From assembly GCF_039654945.1 (NCBI RefSeq), contig NW_027361731.1, positions 558,001 through 622,000 of the forward strand: a stretch of DNA of 64,000 bases, read 5' to 3'. Every line of letters starts with the position of its first letter. Position 1 is the stretch's first letter. The position numbers were made by a program, and so were the translations under genes. This document shows, one piece after another, positions 12,701 to 24,365 of this stretch. The notes beneath the pieces were generated by a model, which was not told where the DNA came from, did not search any database, and saw nothing but the letters and a program-made list of their open reading frames with translations. The stretch is from Dendrobates tinctorius (lineage: Eukaryota).

Positions 12701-15700
12701 CGGAGGTTGTCTTCCCCGCCCTGATGGGGGACAGGAACACAAGAGGTTAAATACCCCTCCTCTTCCTGCAACCACCCGTGTTTTCCTGTCCCCTATGGAG
12801 CATGAAGAGGTCTACGATGGTGCTGCCGTTGCCGGCGATCGGAAGCACCCTACGTCTTTCACTTGTACATGCTGGGCAGCCGAGGCCGGGGGCCCTGCTC
12901 TCCAGTGGCTGCTCCCATCTCCTCCTGCTCGGTGGACTCGTGTCCCTCCCGCCTCTCCTGCGCCTCCTCGGGAGGTAAAGCGGGGCGGTGACGTGTGCGT
13001 CGGTGGGCCAAAGGGGGGAGGAGGAGCACAGATGACGCTGGACCCACGATTTTTAAAGATCCGGGTGGGGAGCACCAGGTAAGACAACCTGTATGACGCT
13101 GACTACAGACGGACATGGATGGTGATAAACCCTCTCTCTCTGCTTCTGCGGAGCCCAGCGTACCCCCCTCCTACTGTAAGTAGCAGATGTCGGCCCTGGC
13201 TATCCTACCTTTATTCCCTCCAGTGGCTTAGCTTACCTTCTCTCTCTCTCTTATAGGGAGAAAAGGTCTCTGACCCTAAGAGGACCAGCTGCAAATGTAA
13301 AATGTGTGCTGCTAGACTCCCCTCTTCATCTGGAAAAAGCTCTGCCAATCCTGTACAGAGGAGGTCCTATGTTCTGAACAGCCCTCTCTTCTGGATAGCA
13401 TTAAATCCCTCATAAAACAGGAGCTTCAGGCCTCCATGGCCACTTTATTCCAGATCCCGGTGCCACAACCACCTCTCTCTAAGAAGAGGAAGAAAGCTCC
13501 GATAGAATCTGACCCAGACTCGGGTGACATTCAGTCCTCTGGTTCGGAGGACACTTGGGAGAATGAGGGTTCTACTTCCACTTCCACTCCTAAATCGGTG
13601 AACAAACAATGTTACTTTTAGTTCCAAGGATATGGGTGAACAAATCAGTATGGTTAGGGGCACCATGGGGGTGGAGTTGGAAGAAGTTAAATACACGGTA
13701 CAGGATGAGATGTTTGGGGGTCTGAAGCCCAAAGATCAAAAGGGGTTTCCTGTACACGAGAACGTACAAAATCTGATCCTCCATGAATGTGGCCTCTCTG
13801 AAAATGGCCTCAGCGTGCCCTCTGAGCTGAAAAACTGTTTCTGCCTGGATGGTGATAATTCCTTATCGGAGACCCCAAAGGTAGTCGTGCAGGTGTCCAG
13901 GGTATCTAAGAAAACAGCCCTTCCCTTTGAGGACTCTTCCCAGCTCAAAGATCCTATGGATCAAAAAATTGAGAGTTTATTAAAGAAGTCGTGGGACACC
14001 TCTACAAATCTGCTAAATGCTAATATAGCTTCCACATGTGTGGCCAGGTCCCTGTTTCTATAGCTATATTTTGAACTTCTTCCACGCCACTTCCTGCTGG
14101 ATCGAGCAAAGGTGGCGTTTTTAATGTTGCACTTTGGAGGTGAGGCTCTGGCATGGTTGAACCCATTGTGGAAGAGCGAGTATTCGATCAGCTCCAATTT
14201 GCCTGCATTCTTGGAAGCTTTTCGCAAAGTGTTCGATCAACCTGGGTGAACCACCTCTGCAGCTTCCTTCCTCACCATCGGAGTCTATAGTGAGAAGTCA
14301 GGTGATCGCTTAGTCACACCCCTCCAGGCTCTCCGTGGTTCGTGGCACAGTGGTTCCACAAACCTCGACCGTGACATCTGGCCATATCACAATCATCTCA
14401 TCATTGTTTTGCCGCTAGACCACAACATGTTCCTCCACCCAAAACGGTTCAAATGACGTTGGTCATTGGAAGTCCTTTCCTATAGAAGTTACAACCTGAA
14501 GGAGCCACCTATGACTTGGGATAAGAAGACACTGATAATTACCTACCCAGTTCTGTAAACTGGAAAGTCAAATGACCGCGTATGTAGAATGTGCTGACAA
14601 GTTAGAAAATCACTTGAAGAAAAATATTAAGATGTGTATTGTAATGATGCTGTTGGCTTCCTAGATCCCTGATATCTTATTGGATGAATCTACCTCTGTA
14701 TAATAACAACAGAGTTTCCTCTTATCCTGACTTTTCAATTTAATATTGACTAACTTGAAACGGGGTCGTGAGAAACTACGTAAAACCATTACACCTGTGC
14801 GATGATATATCTCTAAGCTGTGTGTGGCTGATGGCTGTAATATTCATGCCTGCAGGGGATGTGTTGGAATGACTCGAGCCCTGATTTCCTGAATTCACTC
14901 TACGTCATAAATTCCATTATGTTTTCAATCCTAAGGAATTCAGATTACTGCACAATCTCTCCTGAAATGGGGAGACTAATACTTTCTCTACCCTTCTGGT
15001 CAGGACTCACAGTAGGTCCAATGGTCCACCATAAATGAGTGCAAGTCCTGTTTAGTATTGGATCTTGCCCCTCATGCATATGTTGTTGAGGATGTAACAT
15101 GTGTTTTTTTTCTCTGTCTATTTTTTTTTACAGTTTTTCATATTGTATGAGTTGTGCTGGAATTGGCCTGCCTCACTTATGTGAGCCTGTAACTTCATGG
15201 TAGTCTTTAAAAAAAAAAAAAAAAAAAAAAAAGGTTGCCTTTGCCTCTTCCAAAGGCCCAAGATCTTAATTTTAAAACACCACATCCCTGCAATATTATA
15301 AAAAGTCCTCCTTGAATGTCTAATACTTTTTAAAGAAACTCATTTAATGGAAAATATTGCCTGAGCTCTAAATTTATTTGCTGTTCTGTGATGTGACATG
15401 GCAAGAAGAATAGTTAGATAGCCGGGTCACAAACAGGAGAGCAGAGGAAATACAAAAGCAGAAGATGCTAGTGTAGTCAGTAAACGGGCCGGGGTGACAA
15501 CAATCGGGAGCTGAGCACAGGACTGAACCAGAGGAGAACAAGGCTGTGCCTGGCAGCTTCCGACAATATGCTTCTAGTTTTAGTAGGGCGTGGTGCTTTC
15601 CTGTTGGCTGAAGCAGGAAGCCGATTACTTCAGTTGGACACCACACAATCCCATACTGCTAGACTGGATGGTACTACAGGTCCCAGGCAACCTAATCTTT

Positions 15701-18362
15701 TTGGAAGGACAGAACCTGTGCCATCCAGAGTTTCTGGTTGCTATGTCTCCTCCATCACCAGCGCCACCTGCAGAATGAATAAGGTGGCGCCTGATGGCAG
15801 AAACAGACGTTGCAGGAGCAGATACCAGAAAAAATGTGACACACCATTTTCAGAAGTCCTAATATGACAAAATACAAAACCAGAGCAGTAGAAATCCCAA
15901 TAAAGTGTCTCAATTTTGGAAATTATAACCCTCAGGGAATTAATCTATAGGAGTAGTGACTTCTTTGATTTCACGGCCACTTTCTGGAAACTAGAACTGA
16001 GTGGATGTTGGAGAGTGAAAATTGCACATTTGCCATTTTATTACCCAACACAGAGTGTTCAGATTGTGCTTCAGGAGACACACACCTATATTAAGTGGGT
16101 TCTTCTCAATATAGTAATGCCAAATACCTGGATGTTGAATGTGGTTTGGGCGCACTGAAAGGCTCACAAGTGAGGGAAAGATTTGACTTTGGGAGAGCAG
16201 ATATTGCTGGATTGGTTTATGGAAGTCATGTTGCTTTTCAAGAGCCTTTGAGCCACTAATAATGTGGAAACCTCTGTTTTTCCTCTGGCACATGATGTAC
16301 CTGAGTGAGGCTTGTTCTTTGTGAGATGAGTAGAAGTTTTTATTGTTATTTTCACCTACATTTGGGAGGCAGAATGAACAAACAGTCGAACACCACTCTA
16401 CTGGTTCATCCTATGAGGTTTTCTATCAGACTGTGAAATGTCATTGTCTTGGTTTATAATTAAACTTTTTCAACATTGTTTAAGTAAAAATGTTTGAATG
16501 TCTGTCCAGCCTCTGTCCAGCCTCTGTTAAAAAGTATAAATTTCAAGGATGTTATTCAAAAATAATAATTGGATTTTTTCTTGGCAGATGACTGTACCAA
16601 GAGATCAGAGGGACAGCTGACATCTTCAATTTTTAAACCAGATGATCTTGAGAGTACACAGGAGACAATTGAAGTGAATGTCATTACTCCAGATATACCA
16701 TCATTCATTTGCAGCAAAGATCTACCATCTGATCCTTTGAAACAGGTCCTGCCTTCTGATTCATTACCGACCCCTGAGGAAAATCAAAGTCACAAAATAA
16801 GCATTAAAAAACAAACTGATAAAGCAAAGAAGCCATTTTCACGTTCAGAATATGTAAATCGTTTTCCCCTCCAAAAGTCTTTTCTTAAATTTCAAAAAAT
16901 TCACACAGCGGAGAATAGATTTTCTTGTTCCAAGTGTGGGAATTGTTTTAATCATAAATCACATCTTGTTAAGCACCAGAGAACCCACACAGGGGCAAAG
17001 CCATTTTCATGTTCAGAATGTGGGAAATGTTTTAACAAGAAATCAGATTTTGTTAGGCACCAGAGAATTCACACAGGGGAGAAGCCTTTTTCATGTTCAG
17101 AATGTGGAAAATGTTTTACAGTGAAAGCAAATCTGATCAAACATCAGCGAACTCACATGGGAGAGAAGCCATTTTCATGTTCAGAATGTGGAAAATATTT
17201 TAACCAGAAATCAAATCTTATCACACATCAGAGAACTCACACAAGTGAGAAGCCTTTTTCATGTTCAGAATGTGGGAAATGTTTTAATCATAAATCACAT
17301 CTTGTTAAGCACCAGAGAACCCACACAGGGGAAAAGCCATTTTCATGTTCAGAATGTGGGAAATGTTTTAACAAGAAATCAGATTTTGTTAGGCACCAGA
17401 GAATTCACACAGGGGAGAAGCCTTTTTCATGTTCAGAATGTGGAAAATGTTTTACAGTGAAAGCAAATCTGATCAAACATCAGCGAACTCACATGGGAGA
17501 GAAGCCATTTTCATGTTCAGAATGTGGAAAATATTTTAACCAGAAATCAAATCTTATCACACATCAGAGAACTCACACAAGTGAGAAGCCATTTTCATGT
17601 TCAGAATGTGGGAAATGTTTTAACCAGAAATCAAATCTTACTGTACATCAGAGATCTCACACAGGGGAGAAGCCTTTTTCATGTTCAGAGTGTGGGAAAG
17701 GTTTTAACGGGAAATCAAATCTTATCACACATCTGAGAACCCATATAGGGGAGAAGCCTTTTTCCTGTTCAGAATGTGGAAACTGTTTTAACCAGAAATC
17801 AAGTCTTATCACACATCTGAAAACTCACACAGGGGAGAAGCCATTTTCATGTTCAGAATGTGGAAAATGTTTTATCCAGAAATCAAGTCTTATCATACAC
17901 CAGAGAAATCACACAAGTGAGAAGCCATTTTCATGTTCAGAATGTGGAAAATGTTTTAACCAAAAATCAAGTCTAATCACACATCAGAGAATTCACACAG
18001 GGGAGAAGCCATTTTCCTGTTCAGAATGTGGGAAATGTTTTAACCAGAAATCAAGTCTTATCACACACCAGAGAAATCACACAAGTGAGAAGCCATTTTC
18101 ATGTTCAGTATGTGGAAAATGTTTTAACCAGAAATCAAGTCTTATCACACATCAGAGAACTCACACAGAGGAGAAGCCATTTTCCTGTTTAGAATGTGGG
18201 AAATGTTTTAACAGTAAAGCAGGTCTTGATAGCCACCATAGAACCCACACAGGGGAGAAACCTTTTTCATGTTCAGAATGTGGAAAATGTTTTGAGAATA
18301 AATCATCTCTTCTTCGCCATCAGAGCAGTCACACGGGGGAGAAGCTTTTTTCATGTGCTTAA
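6738..18362 (+). CDS. Amphibian FAX/KRAB-like C2H2 zinc-finger protein (XlCOF/XlCGF-like), ~781 aa, 17 intact fingers. Coding exons: 6738-6815, 6945-7124, 7207-7330, 7414-7511, 7710-7800, 16588-18362
   Basis: All introns are GT-AG with compatible phases (0,0,1,0,1), giving 2346 nt without internal stops. N-terminus [33 protein letters not shown]...[16 protein letters not shown] (finger-associated boxes). KRAB-A-like exon [33 protein letters not shown]. Last exon has 17 CxxC-x12-HxxxH fingers with TGEKP linkers. First coding exon acceptor is at 6665/6666. Confidence 0.93.
8158..8360. repeat. 26-bp tandem repeat inside the 5' LTR
   Basis: AATCCCGCTTGCTGCACTGTGAAGCT repeated ~7-8 times, degenerating toward the 3' end. 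Confidence 0.9.
12679..14063 (+). mobile_element. 5' part of a DIRS1-like retrotransposon (terminal region plus broken ORF1/gag, LAP2alpha-like)
   Basis: Local inverted motif GGGGACAGGAA...TTCCTGTCCCC. ORF1 pieces include CKMCAARLP...CQSC and [40 protein letters not shown], typical of vertebrate DIRS1 ORF1. Confidence 0.75.
16020..16350 (-). mobile_element. Old fragment related to the internal repeat of the piggyBac-type element at 24751-29484
   Basis: GTCATGTTGCTTTTCAAGAGCC...GTGGAAACC is a diverged reverse complement of GGTTTCCACTG...GGCTCTCCAAATGCAACATGGC (26319-26365). Confidence 0.55.
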
Positions 18363-18908
18363 AGGGAATCTTTCACCTCGTTTTTGACATATAAGCTGCG
18401 GCCACCGCCATTAGGGGCTTATCTACAGCATTCTATAATGCTATAGGTAAGCCCCCGATGTAACCTGAAAATAAGAAAACAAGTTAGATTATACTCACCC
18501 AGGGGCGGTCGGGTGCGGTCCGGTTCCGATGGGTGTCGCAGGTCCAGGTCCAACACCTCCCATCTTCATGCAATGACGTCCTCTTCCTTGCTTCTGTCAC
18601 AGCTCCTGCGCAAACATACTACTCTGCTTTGTTGAGGGCAGAGCAAATTACTGCAGTACGCAGGCGCCGGGAAAGGTCAGAGAGGCCTGGCGCTTGCGCA
18701 CTGCAGCACTTTACTCTGCCCTCAACAGGGCAAATTAATACGCCTGCGCAGGAGCCGCGACAGAATCAAGGAAGAGGACGTCATCACATGAAGTTGGGAG
18801 GTGTCAGACCCGGACCTGAGACACCCATCGGACTGGACCACCCCCCCCAGGTGAGTACAATCTAACTTGTTTTTCTTATCTTTCAGGTTACATCTGGGGC
18901 TTATCTAC
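18363..18908. mobile_element. T2/Kolobok-type palindromic MITE, right end truncated
   Basis: Begins TTAA|AGGGAATC. Long inverted arms at ~18447-18505 and ~18845-18908 (GTAAGCCCCCGATGTAACCTGAAAATAAGAAAACAAGTTAGATT vs AATCTAACTTGTTTTTCTTATCTTTCAGGTTACATCTGGGGCTTA). Confidence 0.8.
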
Positions 18909-19006
18909 CGGAAATGTTTTACATGCAAATTAACTCTTAATAAACTTCAGAGACGTCACACAGCGGAGTAGCCTTTTTCATCTTCAGAATGTTGTTTTAA
19001 CTGAAA
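18909..19006 (+). pseudogene. Degenerate zinc-finger codons separated from the ZNF ORF by the MITE
   Basis: Translates RKCFTCKLTLNKLQRRHTAE*PFSSSECCFN*K, continuing the FSC... left at the ORF end. Confidence 0.8.
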
Positions 19007-19379
19007 ATTGTACTTTCTCATTTCTCATGTTTGTTCTCTTTAAAATAAAAACACTCATACTCTCCTTCCTTGCCGGTGCTGATCCATTGATGTTGCAATT
19101 TGCGTTCCCACATTTCTTATCAAAGGTCTCATCTTTCCACTCTGGTGACATTTCTGCCTCAGCTTGGAAAAAGTAGCACTCTTAGCCCTCATAATGCAAG
19201 ACAGCTCAAGCCTATCAGTCCTGCAATTTCTCCTTTCTTAATGTCGGTCGCACAAGAAAACAGCTCCACAAATCTCCTTGTGTTCTCCCTGAAGCCCACA
19301 TACTGAGCAATGTTTGCATCACAGGGGAATTTACCTCCCCTCCTCCCAAGCTACAGGGGATTCTGATATGGGAACACCA

Positions 19380-20990
19380 TAATTGGTTTGTATATCATAT
19401 TGCGTCAATCCCTACTAAACAAGACATGGAGAAACATATACAAAGTCTGAAGACCACATACAAAACTGAAATATGTTCCCTCACTTCAAGCCTGTCACAG
19501 CTTTCTGACAAGGTACAGAGATTAGAGAATGATGATGTACAAGTTTTCGACCTTGAAAATGCTCATAAACAAACACTGGGTCTTCACAGCCAGCAAATAA
19601 ACAGTCAATTTAATATGGTTGATGACCTAGAAAGTTACAATAATATCTGGATAAGGGGTATACCTGAAAGCACCAATACACAAGCGATTAAGCAAACACT
19701 GCTCACGTTATTCAAAATATCCTTTGTGATCCTATTGATAAGGAGCTGGAGATCGATAGGACGCACGATACAGTAGACCAGGGGTCTCAAACTCGACAGA
19801 GTAAATGGGCCACACATAAAAAAAAAAATTTAAGCTGACGGGCTGCATTCCATTCAAACTTAGTACAGAACAAAATCATTGTACCTCATACACACGTGGC
19901 TCCGTACACCTCGTACTCGCACATCTCCACTCCGCACACCTCATACACGCACGGCTCCTCTCCGTACCCTTCGTACACACGCGGCTCCGCTCCGTATACT
20001 TCATACACATGCGGCTCCGCTCTGTACACTTCGTACACACGCGACTCAGCTCCGTACACCTCGTACACATGCGGCTCCGCTCCGTACACCTCATACACAC
20101 ACGGCTCCTCCGTACACCTTGTACACACGGCTCCTCTCCGTACACCTCGTACACACGGCTCCTCTCTGTACACCTTATACACATGCGGCTCTGTACACCC
20201 TACTCTCCGTACACTTCATACACACGGCTGCGGTCCATACACTTCGTACACACACGGCTTTGCTCCATCCACCTTGTACACACGGCTCTGCTACACCCAC
20301 CCTGTAAACCCCTCCTGACCCCACACATAAACTTACCCTCATCCACCAGCATGACAACCAGCACAGACAGCTGCTTCCTACATACACTGAGGCCCCTGAT
20401 CATGTGATGTCTGACTCCTCCCCTCCTGTGACCTCATCCCAGGTCCTGTGCACACAGAACAGCCATCGCGCGCTCCTGAATGTGCACCTTCCACCTTCTA
20501 CCTGCCTCAGGGAGTGAGAAATGTGCACTGCGGGCCGCGTGATTGAGACCTCTGTACTAGACAATCATGGATCAGATTCTGAGAGTCCAATAGACATTAT
20601 CTATCACATTTTTTCAATGTAAATGAGCCTATTATGAGGAAAACAAGAGAGTTGGATCTTGTTGATTTCAATGTAAAACACATAAATTGCTCACAGATCC
20701 TTTCTGAATGATACTTTCTAAAAGAACGGTATTGAAACCACTGCTTAATACCCTCCAGGAAAATGGCCTGATGTACTCCTCAGGCTTCACATTCCAGCTG
20801 TATATTTTCAAACATCCAAGCGACACGAGAACATTCTGTGATGCCCTGGACATTCCCAGAATCCATACATCTGACTGGCCACTTGCTCCGCCATTGCCAC
20901 AGAGAGTTCCAGCACATTGTAGAAGACTTCCAATTGTTCAGGAACTTGATGGTGATGCACCCAGATGGGAAAGGAACCTGCCAATCATAT
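19380..20990 (+). mobile_element. L1-clade ORF1 remnant, interrupted by a hAT MITE
   Basis: Coiled coil, then NNIWIRGIPES...ELEIDRTH, and after the insertion SKRTVLKPLLNTLQENGLMYSSGFTFQL, matching L1 ORF1p RRM/CTD motifs. Confidence 0.8.
19779..20554. mobile_element. Non-autonomous hAT (Charlie-like) element with an internal ~30-bp minisatellite (19880-20300)
   Basis: TIRs CAGGGGTCTCAA / TTGAGACCTCTG; 8-bp TSD CAGTAGAC/TACTAGAC (6/8); internal unit ~CGTACACCTCGTACACACGCGGCTCCGCTC. Confidence 0.8.
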
Positions 20991-21119
20991 GAGCTCCTGA
21001 AATGAAACTTGTCTCCCCTGATGAGAGAGACAGTTTACAGATGTATGGTTGTTCCTTTAAGAATATAATTACATATAGCTTAATAGAGCTTTATGTTCCT
21101 CTCTCCCATTATATAGAAT

Positions 21120-21620
21120 ATCTCAGTTCATATCTTGCAAATAAAGTCTGTGGGAATAGCCAGATCTTTCTCCAGGGAAGGACCCAGCCAAGGAGTGGCT
21201 CCTTTCGGAAACCACCATTACCACCATATTAAGTGGCCCTTTCAGTCAATATCCAGCTCTCTACATGTTTACAGATATGACAAGGGAAATACCAAGGCCA
21301 GGTATCCATCCACAGACAGCTGTTTTGGGGTGTTGCCCTTCATCAGTGTGGAGTAGGATTCTGGCTAGGTGGGAGCAATGCCTAGAAAACCAACATCACG
21401 AAACAATCACTGACCTCAGGGAGACCAGTCAAAGAAAACACTGCGGCAGCCAGCAAAGGCACTCAATCAGTGAAATCCTAGATGCATTGCTCCCTGGGAA
21501 ATACGAATATGCAAATAAAGTCCGTGGAGCCTCATTTAAGAGTCTCAAACACGAGAATAGCTGGCTTCACACGCGGAGACACCGGCACGCTATGGGGGAC
21601 AGGTGCCAGTGTTGCTGCTG
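21120..21620 (-). mobile_element. Penelope-like element terminal-repeat fragment
   Basis: Contains a minimal type-I hammerhead motif (21309-21352) and an internal direct repeat (ATATCTTGCAAATAAAGTC / ATATGCAAATAAAGTC). Confidence 0.6.
21309..21352 (-). ncRNA. Minimal type-I hammerhead ribozyme motif, probably inactivated
   Basis: Minus strand reads TCCACA-CTGATGA-AGGG CAACA CCCC-AAAAC-AGCT-GTC-TGTGGA: 6-bp stem I, palindromic stem III, and GAAA changed to AAAA (CpG decay). Confidence 0.8.
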
Positions 21621-21639
21621 GCTCAGGACCAAGCACCTG

Positions 21640-22141
21640 AGATATTCACCTGTCCCCGGTCCATCGCTGCTGTCTGCCGCGTCCTGTGTCAGTGACGTTC
21701 AGACAGCAGAGGGCGCGGCGCACCCTAACCACGTCACCACGCCCTCTGCTGGCTAAACATCACTGACAGAGGACGCAGCAGCAAACAGCAATGGACCGGG
21801 GACAGGTGAATATGGAATATACTTACCCCCTCCTGGTACGGTCTCTGCAGCCTCCCCCCGCTTCCACGGTCTCCCTTCCTTCAGCGGTCACGCGGTACTC
21901 ATTAAACTCATGAATATGCGCATATTCATGAGTTTAATGAGCGGTACCACGTGACCACTGAAGGAAGGAATGGAGACCATGGAGAAGCAGGGGGGCTGCA
22001 GAGATGTGTCAGGGGGGTCTGTATGATCTCTGACACCCCCGCTCCCCCCCAGGTATATGACTCATGTATAAGCTGAGAGAGGGGCTTTCAGCCCAAAAAA
22101 ATGGGCTGAAAATCTCGGCTTATACATGAGTATATACGGTA
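21640..22141. mobile_element. Right half of a Tc1/mariner-superfamily (Tc2/pogo-like) non-autonomous element with internal hairpins
   Basis: Ends CTCGGCTTATACATGAGTATATACGG|TA. Internal inverted repeats ATATTCACCTGTCCCCGGTCCAT / ATGGACCGGGGACAGGTGAATAT and ATTAAACTCATGAATATG/CATATTCATGAGTTTAAT. Confidence 0.6.
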
Positions 22142-22164
22142 TACGTATTATAGACATAATACAC

Positions 22165-24365
22165 GTCCATTGAAATTGACCCCCAAGGATGAGAGGGGAC
22201 GGGTAGTAGTTGAAGCAGTCCTATAGGTGTTACACGAGGCATCTTAAAGCGTGCACATACCTCACTAGAGAGAATGTAGATCTTGTCTTTCAGACAGGTA
22301 GGCTACCAAAAAAATAGCTCAGGAACTCCTGTGTCTTCTGTCCCCCCTGATGACCCACCAACTTGGAATCATGGACAAACTTGAGGACCTGCAGCTTTAC
22401 GGCCTCAGGAATGTATAAATGTTGATCCCGGACCCACATACCGTTCTTGAGAACTAAGTTCACGCCAGCAGTCGGATTGGCGAGAAATGGGTCTGCATCA
22501 TAGGTGTCACGATCCCACTGCTGACATCGGTATGTCACGGACGGAGGGATGCAACGCACTGCCGACACACTACTATCACAGGTGCAGGGGGGCTTATCTT
22601 AGTTATCCCACCGCTAGCACCATGTGACAAAAAACAGCAAGCTAATCTTGCCCTAACAATTTATCACAGGGGGGGTTATTTTGGATGCCTCACCACTGCT
22701 AACAATCTTCCATGAACTGCTGGGATTTATGTATATCCCACTTTCTCAGTTCCACTTTGGAACTCGCAGCTTTCCGGTGCCCCCTTACCCTCAGGTCAGT
22801 CAGGGAACTACACCTGGGATAATTGGTTACCGGCCGGCTGCTTCAATGAGGTCTGGCCACCCTGCATGGTGCAGTGAGGGAATTATGAATGCTCTGGCCG
22901 CAGCCACCCAATTAGCTTATCAAATCCCTTTTCGTCACAGCCAGCAGTACCAAGGGGCCCAAATCACATTTCGCTGCCACCAGCTACGATTCACTTAATG
23001 AGTTAATTAAGAAGGTCCGTAGCAAACCCCCAAATTAGTAGCAATTATCTAAAAGGCGCATAAGTTCGTTTCTTAGAGCATGAAGACAGACTAATAAATT
23101 TACCATCTATTCCCAAAAAGATGGGCAGTGATTACACAGGTAAGAATGTTACAAAGTTGAGACATTGGATATGTACAATACAAATATAAAATAAAAGGGA
23201 TTAACAGCAGAAATTAAACTTACAGTTGCTTAGATGGTCTGTAGGCTACCATGTGGAGAGGGGGATGGGCAGCAAGTCACACATCTCCCTGCATCTGGGG
23301 GTTCTTTTTGGCATCAAAACCTCCAGCTAGACTGACTGTTTTTTTCAAGGGAATGCCTTATAACCTCTGCTGTGTGACATCACGAAAGGGGTAGTCTGGA
23401 GATGTTCCTCCCCCTGCTCTAAGTACAGATGTGGGTCTGGAAAACTTAGAACCATCATATCTGGACTTGGGAACCTAGCAGAGTATCGGCAGAACCATCA
23501 TTCATCTTGTATTGAAATTAGCTTTGTAATGACACCTAGCACTAGCTGCTTATTCCACTCTGTATAGGAGAACTCTGTTTCTCTGGTACTGTCAGCGCTA
23601 GAACCATGAAAATTATGGGTCAGAACATCGGTTTCGTGCCCTACGCAGAGATGTGATTTTTACATCTCTGTCGTGTATGGTTTTCACGATATGGCTTCTA
23701 ATATTTCCCATACCGGTATCCAGCCGCATGACAGGGAACAAAAGAACTCCTTTTCCTGGCTGTGCAGAGAGGGGGGAAGTGAAGGGGGAGAGAGAGCTGC
23801 TGGGACAGGAAATGTCTGGTGTCCTATTACCAGCGGGTAGAGGAGAAACACACACATCTGCTAAGGAGGGGGGAAGGGGGATCACATCTGCAGCATGTGA
23901 CAGGCAAAAGTCTGTTCTGTAGTGTACCAAGGGGGTTTCTGGAATGTACCAGCAAAATCATATCTTACTTAACATTACAATAGGCCTCCTTAATGGTCTT
24001 CCATAGGTCCTTATTCTGAATGACTATGACAAAGATGGCATCAGACAAGACGGTCTTAGACGGTGTCCCAGGTACGGAATCCGTGGCGTGGATTCGGGAC
24101 AAAGCATCCGCTTTCCCATTACGTGAACCTGGGCGGTACAAAATGACAAAATTAAATTGGTTCAAAAATAGACTCCATCGAACCTGACGTGGAGAAAAGA
24201 CATCTCGCAGATCTAAGGAATTCCAGGTTGTGATGATCCATGAGCACAATAATTTGTTGTGCTGCCCCGTGCAGATGGTGCCTCCATTCCTTAAATGCAG
24301 CGATAATGGCTAGAATCTCCTTATCTCCCACATCGTAGTTCTTCTCTGCAGCAGAGAGTCTGAGA
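22165..24365 (-). mobile_element. Gypsy pol fragment (RNase H to integrase zinc finger), inverted relative to the rest of its element
   Basis: [29 protein letters not shown]...[15 protein letters not shown]...TIKEAY|DADPFLANP...LYIPEAVKLQVLKFVHDSKLVGHQG, split by a solo LTR. Confidence 0.88.
22505..23979. mobile_element. Solo LTR (1475 bp)
   Basis: TGTCAC...TTACA termini; exact 5-bp TSD ATAGG (22500-22504 / 23980-23984); the pol frame rejoins across it. Confidence 0.88.

Larger units (their letters stand above)
7872..14376 (+). mobile_element. Decayed Gypsy (Tf1/sushi chromovirus) LTR retrotransposon in ZNF intron 5
   Basis: 5' LTR TGT...ACA at 7872-8598; gag from ATG 8612; protease YLDSGA (~9483); RT ([19 protein letters not shown]); RNase H ([14 protein letters not shown]); integrase H2C2 and core ([14 protein letters not shown]); chromodomain [26 protein letters not shown]; PPT before the 3' LTR start at 12494. 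The 3' LTR is split (12494-12678 and ~14268-14376). Many stops and frameshifts; flanks TCCGA/TCTGG are a degenerate TSD. Confidence 0.93.

Noticed and set aside
14377-15870. Possible retrocopy ending in the A24 tract (15209-15232) and short ORFs at 15374-15867
   Set aside because: No recognisable protein, polyadenylation signal or TSD that I can support.
19876-20407. Cluster of His/Thr/Tyr-rich ORFs
   Set aside because: Translations of a ~30-bp minisatellite inside a MITE.
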